Shown in pieces: positions 40,583-50,011 of a stretch of DNA of 64,000 nt (position 1 is the stretch's first letter; each line of letters opens with the position of its first letter). The stretch is from the sequence record PV654397.1; one strand, 5' to 3'. The translations under genes and the position numbers were made by a program. A model generated the notes under the pieces. It saw only the letters and a program-made list of their open reading frames with translations, made no database searches and was not told where the DNA came from.

Positions 40583-41031
40583 TTGATTACCTTCGGGTTT
40601 TGCTCTGTGATATCAAACATAGATAGAACGAAATCATTTAGCTTTTCAACACAATTGATTATAGTGCTTAAATCAGAATAACTAACTGTTAAATTTTTAA
40701 CAAGAGATTCCTGAAAGTATCCTTCTTCAGTTGAACAATAACTCACATTTGATATAGTCTCATAATGTACATCTTTGATTGTTTTACATGTTATAATTTC
40801 TATTAAATCCGATGTTGTGTTATATAATAATATAAATGTTGTTGTTCGTGAATTCTTATTGTAAAATGCGAGTTCCGTACTGTCATATGTTTTCTCAATA
40901 AGAACATTGTACTCTTCCGAAAACGATGTGGAAATTCTAATTATCTCTTCTGGATCAGGAACATAAGAGCCATCAAATTTACAAGACAATGCAATTTCAA
41001 AATGATTTTTTATTTCATCAATTTCCATCAT
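40576..41031 (-). CDS. TEE-FQ-S paralog family protein
   Basis: STEEGYFQESLV. Confidence 0.75.
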   Translation of the reverse strand: MMEIDEIKNHFEIALSCKFDGSYVPDPEEIIRISTSFSEEYNVLIEKTYDSTELAFYNKNSRTTTFILLYNTTSDLIEIITCKTIKDVHYETISNVSYCSTEEGYFQESLVKNLTVSYSDLSTIINCVEKLNDFVLSMFDITEQNPKVIKC

Positions 41032-41423
41032 AGCTCACCATTAATTTTTATATTTGTATAGTCTAATGCTTTTTTAACAATATCAATTTCTGTAATTCCT
41101 ATTACATTTTCCTCAATCAATGACAATTGGAATAGTTCCTCTTCCTCAATATCAATACTATGGGTTCTTGACCAATAATCTTTGAAGTCATATGCATATC
41201 GTATTGTATTTTCTTTAATATCAAGTACCAATATAACCATACCATCGTGTAGGTATGTCAGTGTTTTTGCGTATCTATTAAAAATTAACCTATCTGGTGA
41301 ACCTATTGGTAGTTGAAATAAATTTCTAGTATCTTGAACAATAACAAAATCATTATCTATATTTTTATTCAAGTCACCTAAAATGTCATATATAGTAGTC
41401 ATGTTAATCTTGACCCTCAGCAT
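41028..41423 (-). CDS. TEE-FQ-S paralog family protein
   Basis: IEEEELFQLSLI. Confidence 0.75.
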   Translation of the reverse strand: MLRVKINMTTIYDILGDLNKNIDNDFVIVQDTRNLFQLPIGSPDRLIFNRYAKTLTYLHDGMVILVLDIKENTIRYAYDFKDYWSRTHSIDIEEEELFQLSLIEENVIGITEIDIVKKALDYTNIKINGEL

Positions 41424-41823
41424 TTCTGATGATTCGCATTACTTCTCTGGATACGTTGTATACTTTTTTATAGTACTCAAATGTAACTGAACCAAAATCA
41501 TTAACAGTACTATCCATGAAGAACGATTCTTCGGTGCAATACACACCTGTAATTGAAACATGCTCATGATGGAATTTAGCATCTTTCCAGTAACGGAATT
41601 CGAAAATAAATTGCCCGTCATGACCAACCCTACAACACTCAGCACGGTCACTGTCTACGCAGCTAATCACAATATCCCTTTCGGAGTCATACCAGATATT
41701 TCCAATATTTGTTTCAATAACTGCATAATCAATTTTTGTAGAATTGGGAATTACACCTTTTTTTACCAGTACTAGACTGGTATTATCAATATCAAGTAAA
41801 CTTACCATATCAACTCCCCACAA
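41404..41823 (-). CDS. TEE-FQ-S paralog family protein
   Basis: CTEESFFMDSTVND. Confidence 0.75.
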   Translation of the reverse strand: MWGVDMVSLLDIDNTSLVLVKKGVIPNSTKIDYAVIETNIGNIWYDSERDIVISCVDSDRAECCRVGHDGQFIFEFRYWKDAKFHHEHVSITGVYCTEESFFMDSTVNDFGSVTFEYYKKVYNVSREVMRIIRNAEGQD

Positions 41824-42220
41824 TTACTGTGTTTTTAATTTCTAACAATTCACTATACATCTTCTTCAATTGTACAATATCTTCATATAAAATACCACCC
41901 ATATCATCAATCAAAGAACGTTGGAATAGTGATTCATCTGACTGTATCGTGTCCAAATCAGAAATTTTCAATACGGTAACTGGGTTTAGGGTGTTTACAA
42001 TAAGTTTGTTTGTGTATGGGATGTATGTGATCTTGATATTCATTTCCGAATCAAGGGCATACAACCTCAAAACAGACAAATCACCACAAAGTTGGATTTT
42101 TGGTTCATCAAACTCATCAGACCACCACATAGTACTAGTCATATAATTGACGTGTTGGTTCAAATGTGATATATCCAAATCGAAATAATATTTTAGTTCA
42201 TTGTGTAAATCTAAACTCAT
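41810..42220 (-). CDS. TEE-FQ-S paralog family protein
   Basis: QSDESLFQRSLIDD. Confidence 0.75.
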   Translation of the reverse strand: MSLDLHNELKYYFDLDISHLNQHVNYMTSTMWWSDEFDEPKIQLCGDLSVLRLYALDSEMNIKITYIPYTNKLIVNTLNPVTVLKISDLDTIQSDESLFQRSLIDDMGGILYEDIVQLKKMYSELLEIKNTVIVGS

Positions 42221-42250
42221 AAATTTATCCTCTATGTATCATTATCTTAC

Positions 42251-42279
42251 ATTGTAGGATAAACCCACGATAATGTCAA
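42251..42279 (-). promoter_or_regulatory. sigma70-type promoter
   Basis: TTGACA-17-TACAAT. Confidence 0.8.
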
Positions 42280-42671
42280 GATGTGAATTGCTTATACCAG
42301 TGATACAGTTCTTTCAATTCTTCAGTACTGAATAGAACATCTTCAATCGTTGTTTGTTGGAAGTGGTAATCTTCATTTAAGTACATTGAAATATTTTTAT
42401 ATACTTTTCGATTACATTTCCCAAGAAATGATGTTCTTTTGGATGTATATTCAATAAATGTTAACTTATCTAATTCTACATCCAATGACAATTTCATACA
42501 GTATTCAGTATCATCTACGTACATAAGTTTATTTGAATAACAATCAACTGTGATATATTCTTTATGTGAGAATTGGTATATACCATTAAATTTTTTACCA
42601 TTTGTACTTCTGAATTTTTCAAGGTAATAAGAGAGTGGTTTAGATATTGTACTACCAATAGTATTATTCAT
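42276..42671 (-). CDS. TEE-FQ-S paralog family protein
   Basis: LNEDYHFQQTTIED. Confidence 0.75.
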   Translation of the reverse strand: MNNTIGSTISKPLSYYLEKFRSTNGKKFNGIYQFSHKEYITVDCYSNKLMYVDDTEYCMKLSLDVELDKLTFIEYTSKRTSFLGKCNRKVYKNISMYLNEDYHFQQTTIEDVLFSTEELKELYHWYKQFTS

Positions 42672-42693
42672 AGAACCTCAAAATTTAGACAAG

Positions 42694-42718
42694 AAAAATG
42701 CCCCGAAGGTCGGGGCAG
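42694..42718 (-). terminator. intrinsic terminator
   Basis: TGCCCCGAC-CT-TCGGGGCA plus T run. Confidence 0.75.
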
Positions 42719-42728
42719 TACGAAAAAG

Positions 42729-42809
42729 ATTTTGTACGAAAAAGGGGAATAATACAATAAAATAATAACGCATCATTATTATGTAAGGGAGGAAAGTAAC
42801 ATGATAATG
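42729..42809. ncRNA. two hairpins with SD/GGA-like (+) or anti-SD (-) loops
   Basis: + strand loops CGAAAAAGGGGAATAA and AAGGGAGGAAAGTA; 11-bp stem 42774-84 / 42799-809. Confidence 0.45.
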
Positions 42810-42828
42810 TTAACCATTACTGGTATAA

Positions 42829-43380
42829 TTATTTATCATTTAATTCTTTTAATTGAGCTTGTATATCACCAGAAAGTTTACGGATTTTCTTGAAACAGTA
42901 CACGCTATCATCAAGTTCAAGTTCTAGGCCGTGTGTGATTGCATAAAGCATTTCAGCAAGTACTAGATCCTGACGCATCCAGTTACCATTTTTATAGGTT
43001 GTCATTACACAATAAGGACAGTGGCTGTTTCCGGTTTGTTTACCCAGGAACACAGATTGGATTGTATCATGCTTGAAACCCACAAAAGATTGGTTGATCT
43101 TGTTGATTTCAGCTACTACGTCCATTTGTGCACCAGTGTTGATTGCAAACACTTGGTCACCGTTCTCGGTTTTGTTAATGTTTAGTTCAATATCACTACC
43201 AAGTTTACGAACAGCCAATGTATAAAGTAGGATTTCATACATATCATAATTGGTTGTTTCGCCATTTGGTGCAGTTACATCGAGACTAACACCATGCATT
43301 TTAACTTCAGTACTGAATCCATCTTTATCTGCTAGAAAATCAGTGATTTGTTCAGTTAGGATTTTAATTTGGTCAATCAT
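42829..43380 (-). CDS. hypothetical protein
   Basis: 183 aa. Confidence 0.8.
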   Translation of the reverse strand: MIDQIKILTEQITDFLADKDGFSTEVKMHGVSLDVTAPNGETTNYDMYEILLYTLAVRKLGSDIELNINKTENGDQVFAINTGAQMDVVAEINKINQSFVGFKHDTIQSVFLGKQTGNSHCPYCVMTTYKNGNWMRQDLVLAEMLYAITHGLELELDDSVYCFKKIRKLSGDIQAQLKELNDK

Positions 43381-43400
43381 TATTCATATCCTTATGTTGG

Positions 43401-43425
43401 AAAAGCCCCCATTACGGAGGCTTTT
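43401..43425 (-). terminator. intrinsic terminator
   Basis: AAAAGCCTCC-GTAAT-GGGGGCTTTT. Confidence 0.7.
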
Positions 43426-43435
43426 GTTAATCTAA

Positions 43436-43864
43436 TTATAGGGAAGCTTCGTATTCAGCTACAATGTCAACCATCTCATTGACAAAGTTGATGTGGTCAT
43501 GAGTTACAGTACGGAAATCATAAACCAGTGATTGTTGGAAGAATACGTCTTCAGCCAGATTACCTTCAAAGTTCAGGTCGATGTTTTCTTCATCGTTGGT
43601 TGGAGCAACTTTGATATTTAGTTGATTTTCATCAACGACCAATTTCACTACACAACCCAATGCAATCGCCAGTACATAGGCAGGTTTCTTAGCTGCTTCA
43701 GAACGGAATGGAGCACGTAGTGCACAAATGGTGCTGCTAATCTCATCATTCAGTTCTTTATATTTAACGTTAATCATCAGTTCTTCAATTTTGACGCTCT
43801 CGATTACACGACCAGTTTCAGCAGCGAAGAAAGAGTGGTTACGGATAGTTTGTTCGATATTCAT
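43436..43864 (-). CDS. TEE-FQ-S paralog family protein
   Basis: LAEDVFFQQSLVYD. Confidence 0.75.
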   Translation of the reverse strand: MNIEQTIRNHSFFAAETGRVIESVKIEELMINVKYKELNDEISSTICALRAPFRSEAAKKPAYVLAIALGCVVKLVVDENQLNIKVAPTNDEENIDLNFEGNLAEDVFFQQSLVYDFRTVTHDHINFVNEMVDIVAEYEASL

Positions 43865-43867
43865 GTG

Positions 43868-44062
43868 TTATTCCTTATATAGATTGCTAAAGTTACGAAG
43901 ATTACGGTTTGCTTTAAACTGTTTTAAATCACCAAATCTATCATCAACGATAAAAGTGGCAGCCTGTTTTGATTGGCATATTGTACAAATCAACATACCC
44001 TGTATTGTATACTCGGTTGAACAATTTGTACAGTACTTTTTTTCATAAAGTTCAGTACTCAT
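43868..44062 (-). CDS. small zinc-ribbon protein
   Basis: CTNC...CTIC. Confidence 0.65.
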   Translation of the reverse strand: MSTELYEKKYCTNCSTEYTIQGMLICTICQSKQAATFIVDDRFGDLKQFKANRNLRNFSNLYKE

Positions 44063-44394
44063 AAAACCTTCACATCAGTACGTTTATCTCTTTCTTCTTT
44101 CTTTACCTCATCGGAGCGGGTATCTTCTAATTGTAACACAACTTCTTTCAGAATGTCAACATCAATCATTGCTTCTTTGTATTGAAAGTCGTTTACGCCG
44201 AAAATATACTTCAATGCAACCCATACACGTTTGTACCATTTTAAGAAAGGATTCAAACGCATACTCACCAGACATTGACCAAGTTTATCATCTCCATGTT
44301 CTTGTGTCAAGTCAAATTGTGAAATGTGAACACAATGTTCCGTATTATCGCCACAACTACAACGTACTATAAATTCTTTGCTGTCTTTGCTCAT
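44059..44394 (-). CDS. hypothetical protein
   Basis: 111 aa. Confidence 0.75.
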   Translation of the reverse strand: MSKDSKEFIVRCSCGDNTEHCVHISQFDLTQEHGDDKLGQCLVSMRLNPFLKWYKRVWVALKYIFGVNDFQYKEAMIDVDILKEVVLQLEDTRSDEVKKEERDKRTDVKVL

Positions 44395-44813
44395 ACTGGA
44401 TAAGCCTTCATAAATTGTTTTAGAACTCCAAACTTAGAAGCACTGTAATCATACTGATAACTTAGCTCACGTTTATCATTCATTCGATAAACCATATGAT
44501 TGTTTGGATAACCTATTCTAACAGGTTTGTTAGGATTTGCAAGCAAAATTGCCCATTCTTTTACAGGAAAAACGTTTTCAGATAACATCTTCACATCTTT
44601 ACTGTAATACTTCATTGCTTGGGTACAGTGCTTGTAATCTTCTGCACTCAGTTCTTCACACACAACACTGTGCGTTTCAGTACTGGATACCCATGACTCT
44701 TCTTCATAATATAAGTCAATTACATCTTCTACGGTATAGCTATCAGGTAAATCATAATATACCCAATTACTAAAACCAGAGCTTACACCAACTCGAATTC
44801 GATAGTACTTCAT
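44391..44813 (-). CDS. hypothetical protein
   Basis: 140 aa. Confidence 0.7.
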   Translation of the reverse strand: MKYYRIRVGVSSGFSNWVYYDLPDSYTVEDVIDLYYEEESWVSSTETHSVVCEELSAEDYKHCTQAMKYYSKDVKMLSENVFPVKEWAILLANPNKPVRIGYPNNHMVYRMNDKRELSYQYDYSASKFGVLKQFMKAYPV

Positions 44814-44977
44814 ATTTTTTTATCATCCGATTTTACATAATAGTAACATACAATGCAGTGAATTACAAGAAGAATAATTTCTACTACATTCAGTGCCACA
44901 ACATGCCCTTGCGGGACCGTAAGGGACAATAACAACATTATAGTAGGTATTACGAATATTGTCAATGTTTTTTTCAT
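44810..44977 (-). CDS. small membrane protein (55 aa)
   Basis: MKKTLTIFVIPTIMLLLSLTVPQG...; AAGGA SD; start lies in the duplicated block. Confidence 0.65.
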   Translation of the reverse strand: MKKTLTIFVIPTIMLLLSLTVPQGHVVALNVVEIILLVIHCIVCYYYVKSDDKKI

Positions 44978-45065
44978 TTTATTTCCTTGTGGGACCGTAA
45001 GTGACAATAACAACATTATAGTAGGTATTACGAATATTGTCCATGTTTTTTCATTTTATTTCCTT
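44907..45065. repeat. 77-78 bp tandem duplication of an RBS and gene 5' end
   Basis: two near-identical copies starting at 44907 and 44985; upstream copy has a 1-nt shorter A run. Confidence 0.9.
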
Positions 45066-45287
45066 AATGTAGGCAAATGGTAAAAATACAACCTCTACCC
45101 CAGGAAATGCAGTTGCGAGTGCATCAACTATAGATTTGTTTTTATTACATTGCCATACTTTTGTAACTTTGTGCTGGAATACCTTGCCATCTTTTACTAA
45201 CCAATACATTTGCATTTTAACAGTACTGTTATCAGATGGTATTAGTAAATCTTCCATATCATATGAATTAAAGATTCTCTCGTTCAT
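45051..45287 (-). CDS. hypothetical protein
   Basis: 78 aa. Confidence 0.7.
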   Translation of the reverse strand: MNERIFNSYDMEDLLIPSDNSTVKMQMYWLVKDGKVFQHKVTKVWQCNKNKSIVDALATAFPGVEVVFLPFAYIKEIK

Positions 45288-45546
45288 ATAATCTCCTAGT
45301 GAAAAAAGCCAGATTCTTTCTTATATATTCGGCGACACAATCAGTAGTTTGTGTATTTGTGAATGCAACAACTTCATTCGATACACCATTCCCATTACAC
45401 AATGGACAAATCCCCATATACTTAGGTGTTGGAACTGTATCTAGTTTATATTTCCCTGAAGATATCATGTATTGTTGTGGTAATACATCCAAAGAAATAA
45501 TATAATCTTCATCGAATTGCTTACAACATACCCAACATTTACTCAT
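45268..45546 (-). CDS. hypothetical protein, possible zinc binding
   Basis: CWVC and CPLC. Confidence 0.7.
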   Translation of the reverse strand: MSKCWVCCKQFDEDYIISLDVLPQQYMISSGKYKLDTVPTPKYMGICPLCNGNGVSNEVVAFTNTQTTDCVAEYIRKNLAFFTRRLYERENL

Positions 45547-46030
45547 TGTGGTTCTCCTTCAAAACAATTCTTATATCTTCGAATGTTTTAACAAACCAGT
45601 CATGTTCATCAGATACATCAACCACCTTCCCACCATAAACATAGTAATGATAGAAGGGTAACTTACTTTTCCTCAATCGTTCAGCAAGTTCTGGGTTTTG
45701 AAATATCTTAGCACATATTGCATCCTGGATACGAGAAATGCATTCGGGTGTCATTTCAATACGGTCGTGCATATACTTGTTCGCCGCTGCTTTTGCAGCA
45801 GCACCCGACACTTTTCTAAGATCATCATGTTTCTGGCCTGTTAAAAACCAAAAATAAAAAGTTTCTACCGATGGGAACCAACCATATGGTTCTAAGGTAA
45901 AACTATGTGAAGAAAAGTTAGATAGATCCCTACCTAACTTAGTCTTAGCTTTACTATAGATATTAATATGTCTGTATCCATCATCAGTAGGGTCAATATA
46001 GTTAAATGACTCTTCAGGAAATTCAAACAT
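45539..46030 (-). CDS. NADAR-like (T4 gp30.3-like) protein
   Basis: INIYSK...LGRDLSNFS...FPSVETFY...KIFQNPELAERL. Confidence 0.5.
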   Translation of the reverse strand: MFEFPEESFNYIDPTDDGYRHINIYSKAKTKLGRDLSNFSSHSFTLEPYGWFPSVETFYFWFLTGQKHDDLRKVSGAAAKAAANKYMHDRIEMTPECISRIQDAICAKIFQNPELAERLRKSKLPFYHYYVYGGKVVDVSDEHDWFVKTFEDIRIVLKENHNE

Positions 46031-46032
46031 AA

Positions 46033-46386
46033 TTACTCTTCTTCACCAGATGGTGTGCCACGCAGTTTATCAAAATCAACCCAAATACCATGCTGGTTTT
46101 TGAAGCGACATTTCTCATAGTACCAGCTATAGTCGGTTTCAACACCCTGGGAAATTGAACGAACACTACAGTCATACATATTGTATAAATGTGTACGTAC
46201 AATGAATGTTCCTATAAGAAGAACAAACACAACAATCCCAGTACAGATCTTTGGATGATCCATTATTAGGTCCAACACAGAACTGGTTTCAGTACTATCA
46301 ATTTTACTACGACCGATAGCAACAACTTTCAGTACTGCTAATGATACCAGTAATGAAATAACAAGAACACTCAAATAAATTAGCAT
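46033..46386 (-). CDS. putative membrane protein
   Basis: two TM helices. Confidence 0.7.
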   Translation of the reverse strand: MLIYLSVLVISLLVSLAVLKVVAIGRSKIDSTETSSVLDLIMDHPKICTGIVVFVLLIGTFIVRTHLYNMYDCSVRSISQGVETDYSWYYEKCRFKNQHGIWVDFDKLRGTPSGEEE

Positions 46387-46388
46387 AT

Positions 46389-46973
46389 TTAGACTCCTAC
46401 CCCAAAACGTAAAAGGATGTTATTAACAAACACAAAATCAAATGGAGACTTTGGTTCAGATACCGAGTACTGAAAAGTTTCAGTGGCAAAATTTTCCCTA
46501 TTATGCCATGTTGATGAATCGATTAGTAATTGTTTATCACCAATTGACGTTGAATGTAATGGGACGTGTGCTGATGAATTTATAGAATACGCATTTAGTT
46601 TTCCTTGTTCATCAAATGTAACACAAAGGTAATATCTCTTCTTAACATCAGGAGAACGCTCTTTAATATACGAATATATTGATTCATTCAAATCATCATC
46701 ATTCCTTGTCTTAGCACCGAGAACTTGAGCAAAAGACAAATTACGTTTCGGTTGGATCGTTCCTGGTCTTTTTAGAATGAATTCTTTTGTTAAGTAAAAG
46801 TTATTGTGTTTTACCTCAATATTAACAGTTTTAAAGTTTGTGATTTTATCATATACGTTCCTAAAAACTGTTATATCCCATGAACTAATTTCTTGCATCG
46901 TTACCGTAACTAGTTCTTCTAGTTCTTGGATAAATGGCAAATCGTCTTGATCAAATCTAATCACAGTTTTCAT
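46389..46973 (-). CDS. hypothetical protein
   Basis: 194 aa. Confidence 0.75.
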   Translation of the reverse strand: MKTVIRFDQDDLPFIQELEELVTVTMQEISSWDITVFRNVYDKITNFKTVNIEVKHNNFYLTKEFILKRPGTIQPKRNLSFAQVLGAKTRNDDDLNESIYSYIKERSPDVKKRYYLCVTFDEQGKLNAYSINSSAHVPLHSTSIGDKQLLIDSSTWHNRENFATETFQYSVSEPKSPFDFVFVNNILLRFGVGV

Positions 46974-47544
46974 ATACCTTTTTTAAATTCATAATTTCAA
47001 GAAGACTATATTCTTTTTCACTAATCAAATCTTCAGTTAGTGCTTCTGGTTCGGTGTTACAATACAACTTCCCATTAATGATAACATAACCATTGCTAAG
47101 ATACAACGCACTCATTATCTGTTGTCCTTCTTTTGCATTGACTGCTATACCAGAATTTGTTACAACAAGCCCATTGTTTGCAAATGCTGATGTTAGTTCC
47201 GACCATTCAACTGATATTAAATCACGATAGTCTTTTGATACTTTTATAGTAACAATACAAGCAACTCTTGTAATAGATGGAGTACTAATCGTATACATCT
47301 GTGGGTGTTGGTAGTTTGAGTTATATGTTTGTGGTGTATTAACAGCAGTTCCTGAATTCGGAGTTGTTGGCATAATTACTTGATCCATATTTGGAACAGC
47401 CGTTCTTAGTGATGCAATACGCCCAGTTTCATCCAATTTCAAAACTAAACGATGAGTTTTATCCTCAGAGTGATACGGGAATAGACCACCGGAATTCATA
47501 TTTTGAAGCATTTTAATTAATTCATAAGTATTTTTTAAAAACAT
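46957..47544 (-). CDS. hypothetical protein
   Basis: 195 aa. Confidence 0.75.
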   Translation of the reverse strand: MFLKNTYELIKMLQNMNSGGLFPYHSEDKTHRLVLKLDETGRIASLRTAVPNMDQVIMPTTPNSGTAVNTPQTYNSNYQHPQMYTISTPSITRVACIVTIKVSKDYRDLISVEWSELTSAFANNGLVVTNSGIAVNAKEGQQIMSALYLSNGYVIINGKLYCNTEPEALTEDLISEKEYSLLEIMNLKKVYENCD

Positions 47545-47591
47545 AATAAATCCTATAGAAAATGGGAGTACAATGTACTCCCAGATTTAGA

Positions 47592-48146
47592 TTATAGTTT
47601 AATTACTTCTTGGATACCAGTATCCATTGCTTTCTTAGTGCGTGTATCAGAAACTACTGTACATAAATGTTCAATATTTTCACTTGGGAATGTGTTAGTA
47701 TCAAGAATTTTGGAGTTCCAGAAACCTTTACGGAACTTAGCATAATCAGTACACTGGTCAATTTTCATTTTCTGAAGATTGTTGAACTGTGTACGTCCTG
47801 ACTCGATAGTTACCATAAGTTCTTGATAAATCTTAGGATCGAGATTAGGAACCTGTTGTTGAATCTGTGACATCACAAACTTCTGGTCAACACCTTCACG
47901 ACCTTTAAAGTATGTTTCGATGGTTTCTTTCAATGCATCCTTATACTTATCAGAAACTTGTACTTTTTCTTGAATGACAAGAGTGTATTTACTTAGTTGA
48001 CTTTCTGATGCATCATAGTACTTTTTAATATTACCTTCAAATTCAACAGCACGGTCATGTGCATCTACATACATACTAACTGAACCAATTGCCATAAGAC
48101 CGAATACAACAACAACACCAATCAATGCAATAATTTTACCATTCAT
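47592..48146 (-). CDS. membrane-anchored helical protein (LemA-like topology)
   Basis: N-terminal TM helix followed by a coiled-coil-like domain. Confidence 0.7.
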   Translation of the reverse strand: MNGKIIALIGVVVVFGLMAIGSVSMYVDAHDRAVEFEGNIKKYYDASESQLSKYTLVIQEKVQVSDKYKDALKETIETYFKGREGVDQKFVMSQIQQQVPNLDPKIYQELMVTIESGRTQFNNLQKMKIDQCTDYAKFRKGFWNSKILDTNTFPSENIEHLCTVVSDTRTKKAMDTGIQEVIKL

Positions 48147-49237
48147 AACTTGTTATCCCTCATATAAAGGCCAATGAAAATAGATACAATCAGTAACAAA
48201 ATAGAAGCACCGATGAGAACATCTTTACGTGGTTCCATTTTTACAGACAAGTACTCGAACTCTTTATTAGAGAGTCTTTCAAACTTTGTGTCAATATTAT
48301 GCACTTCTTTGCTCAACAAGTCAAGAGTTAATTTTTCATTTAATGCATCCATTCGCATCTTAGCATGTAGTTCTTCGTTCTTCATGCCTTGTGCAAAGGA
48401 AGTGCTATCAAATTTAACAATCTTCCCATCATTATCAATTCCAAAGAACATAATAACATCATTCTTCTTACCACCACGCCACGAAGCGAGTGTTGCCTCA
48501 ACAAAATCTACGTTTTTATAATCATAAACCAAAACTTGGATGTTGACTTGTTTACGTGCACCCATAGTTTTTAGTTCTTCACGCAGATACTCATCATAAC
48601 CATCTACATTATAATTAGTAGTGTTGATTACATGGTGTGTTTTATAATAGTCTACCACACTTGGGTATTCTGGTAAAGTACTAAGATATTTCTCATCATA
48701 CATTTCATGTAATTCATCAGGACTGAACAATGAGTTTTTATCAGCGAACAGATAGTTAATATAAGAACTTTCTGCGGCAGCATAATCCCCAATGTTAACC
48801 TGTTGCCAGCGTGGAGGGGTCATTGTACCCTGACGGTTTACTCGCTCAATCTCAAACTTCCCTACAGTACTTTTTACATACCAGTCAACTTCGTATGAAT
48901 AATCAAATACCTTATAGGACTCACATTCACGATGGGATTTCCCCTTACTATCATAACGAGTTCTGCATTTCTCGTGCCACGTGTAATGCTTACATGAGCT
49001 TGATTGTGTACAAAACTCCTTGTGATTATATTTGGATGTTACCTGCCCATTTAGAATCTCTACATCGTACAATTGACTGTAGTTGATTGCATATGAGATA
49101 CCAAGCACAAGAGCAGCACCAACTATACAACAACCAATATGAATCAACAGTTCTTTAGTACTGATATGCTTATCATACATGTATTTCATAACAAATACAA
49201 CGATAAGTGAAGGAATCAACAGAATAATAAAATTCAT
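48143..49237 (-). CDS. membrane protein with large periplasmic domain
   Basis: two N-terminal and one C-terminal TM helices; WRGGKKNDVIMFFG. Confidence 0.75.
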   Translation of the reverse strand: MNFIILLIPSLIVVFVMKYMYDKHISTKELLIHIGCCIVGAALVLGISYAINYSQLYDVEILNGQVTSKYNHKEFCTQSSSCKHYTWHEKCRTRYDSKGKSHRECESYKVFDYSYEVDWYVKSTVGKFEIERVNRQGTMTPPRWQQVNIGDYAAAESSYINYLFADKNSLFSPDELHEMYDEKYLSTLPEYPSVVDYYKTHHVINTTNYNVDGYDEYLREELKTMGARKQVNIQVLVYDYKNVDFVEATLASWRGGKKNDVIMFFGIDNDGKIVKFDSTSFAQGMKNEELHAKMRMDALNEKLTLDLLSKEVHNIDTKFERLSNKEFEYLSVKMEPRKDVLIGASILLLIVSIFIGLYMRDNKL

Positions 49238-49240
49238 GTA

Positions 49241-49930
49241 TTAGTCCAGTTTAAGTTTATTGAGACAATAGGAGATTTGGATAGCTTCACGTGCTGCATC
49301 ATACAGAGGGTGATGTAATTCCAAACCATCAATACCACATTTTTCTACATACTTCACGAATTTAGCTAACTGCACTGACACAATCTCATCCATTTCGGTA
49401 CGAGCTTCTTCATTCAATAAACGCTTCAGGGTTCGTGCGTTTTCAGGAGCATCATATTTCCACAAATCACCAACATTTAATAGTTTTAAGTGATTAGCTT
49501 GTAAAATACTACAGTCGAAGTTGCAGCCATTTCCCCAAATTGAATGTTCAACCTCGTTACCATAACAATCAAAACGGATATCTTTCCAGAAATCGACAAT
49601 ACCATTAGAAGTAAAGATTTGTTTGGATTTACCATTAGGACCGTACAATTCTGGTGCAACAAGTGCCATAGTACTGGCAACTTCAGCATATGCATTAGGA
49701 TATTCCTTCTGACATGTATTCATCCAGAAATCCATTGCACCTGCATCTGATTTCAGCCCAGCGTTGACTTGTGCTTGGTATGGTAACTTAACATATACAA
49801 ATTGTCTGATATCATGTTCAGGTTTACTTGGAACAACTACTGCTGCATAATTTGGAATAATAATATCATAACCAGAGTTTTCAGGAGTTCCGAGAGCTTC
49901 AATATCAACACTAACATGACGACGTTTCAT
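49241..49930 (-). CDS. 3'-5' exonuclease, DnaQ/DexA-like
   Basis: ExoI SVDIEALG, ExoII WGNGCNFDCSIL, ExoIII HHPLYDA. Confidence 0.8.
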   Translation of the reverse strand: MKRRHVSVDIEALGTPENSGYDIIIPNYAAVVVPSKPEHDIRQFVYVKLPYQAQVNAGLKSDAGAMDFWMNTCQKEYPNAYAEVASTMALVAPELYGPNGKSKQIFTSNGIVDFWKDIRFDCYGNEVEHSIWGNGCNFDCSILQANHLKLLNVGDLWKYDAPENARTLKRLLNEEARTEMDEIVSVQLAKFVKYVEKCGIDGLELHHPLYDAAREAIQISYCLNKLKLD

Positions 49931-49953
49931 ATTTCGTTCCTTATCAGTATATT

Positions 49954-50008
49954 AAAAAAGAGTGCGTTTCAATAAGAACATTATATTGAAAACGCACTCT
50001 TGTGTCAA
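49954..50008 (-). promoter_or_regulatory. sigma70 promoter embedded in a long inverted repeat/terminator
   Basis: TTGACA(50003-08)-17-TATAAT(49980-85); arms AAGAGTGCGTTTTCAAT / ATTGAAACGCACTCTT then T run. Confidence 0.75.
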
Positions 50009-50011
50009 CTA

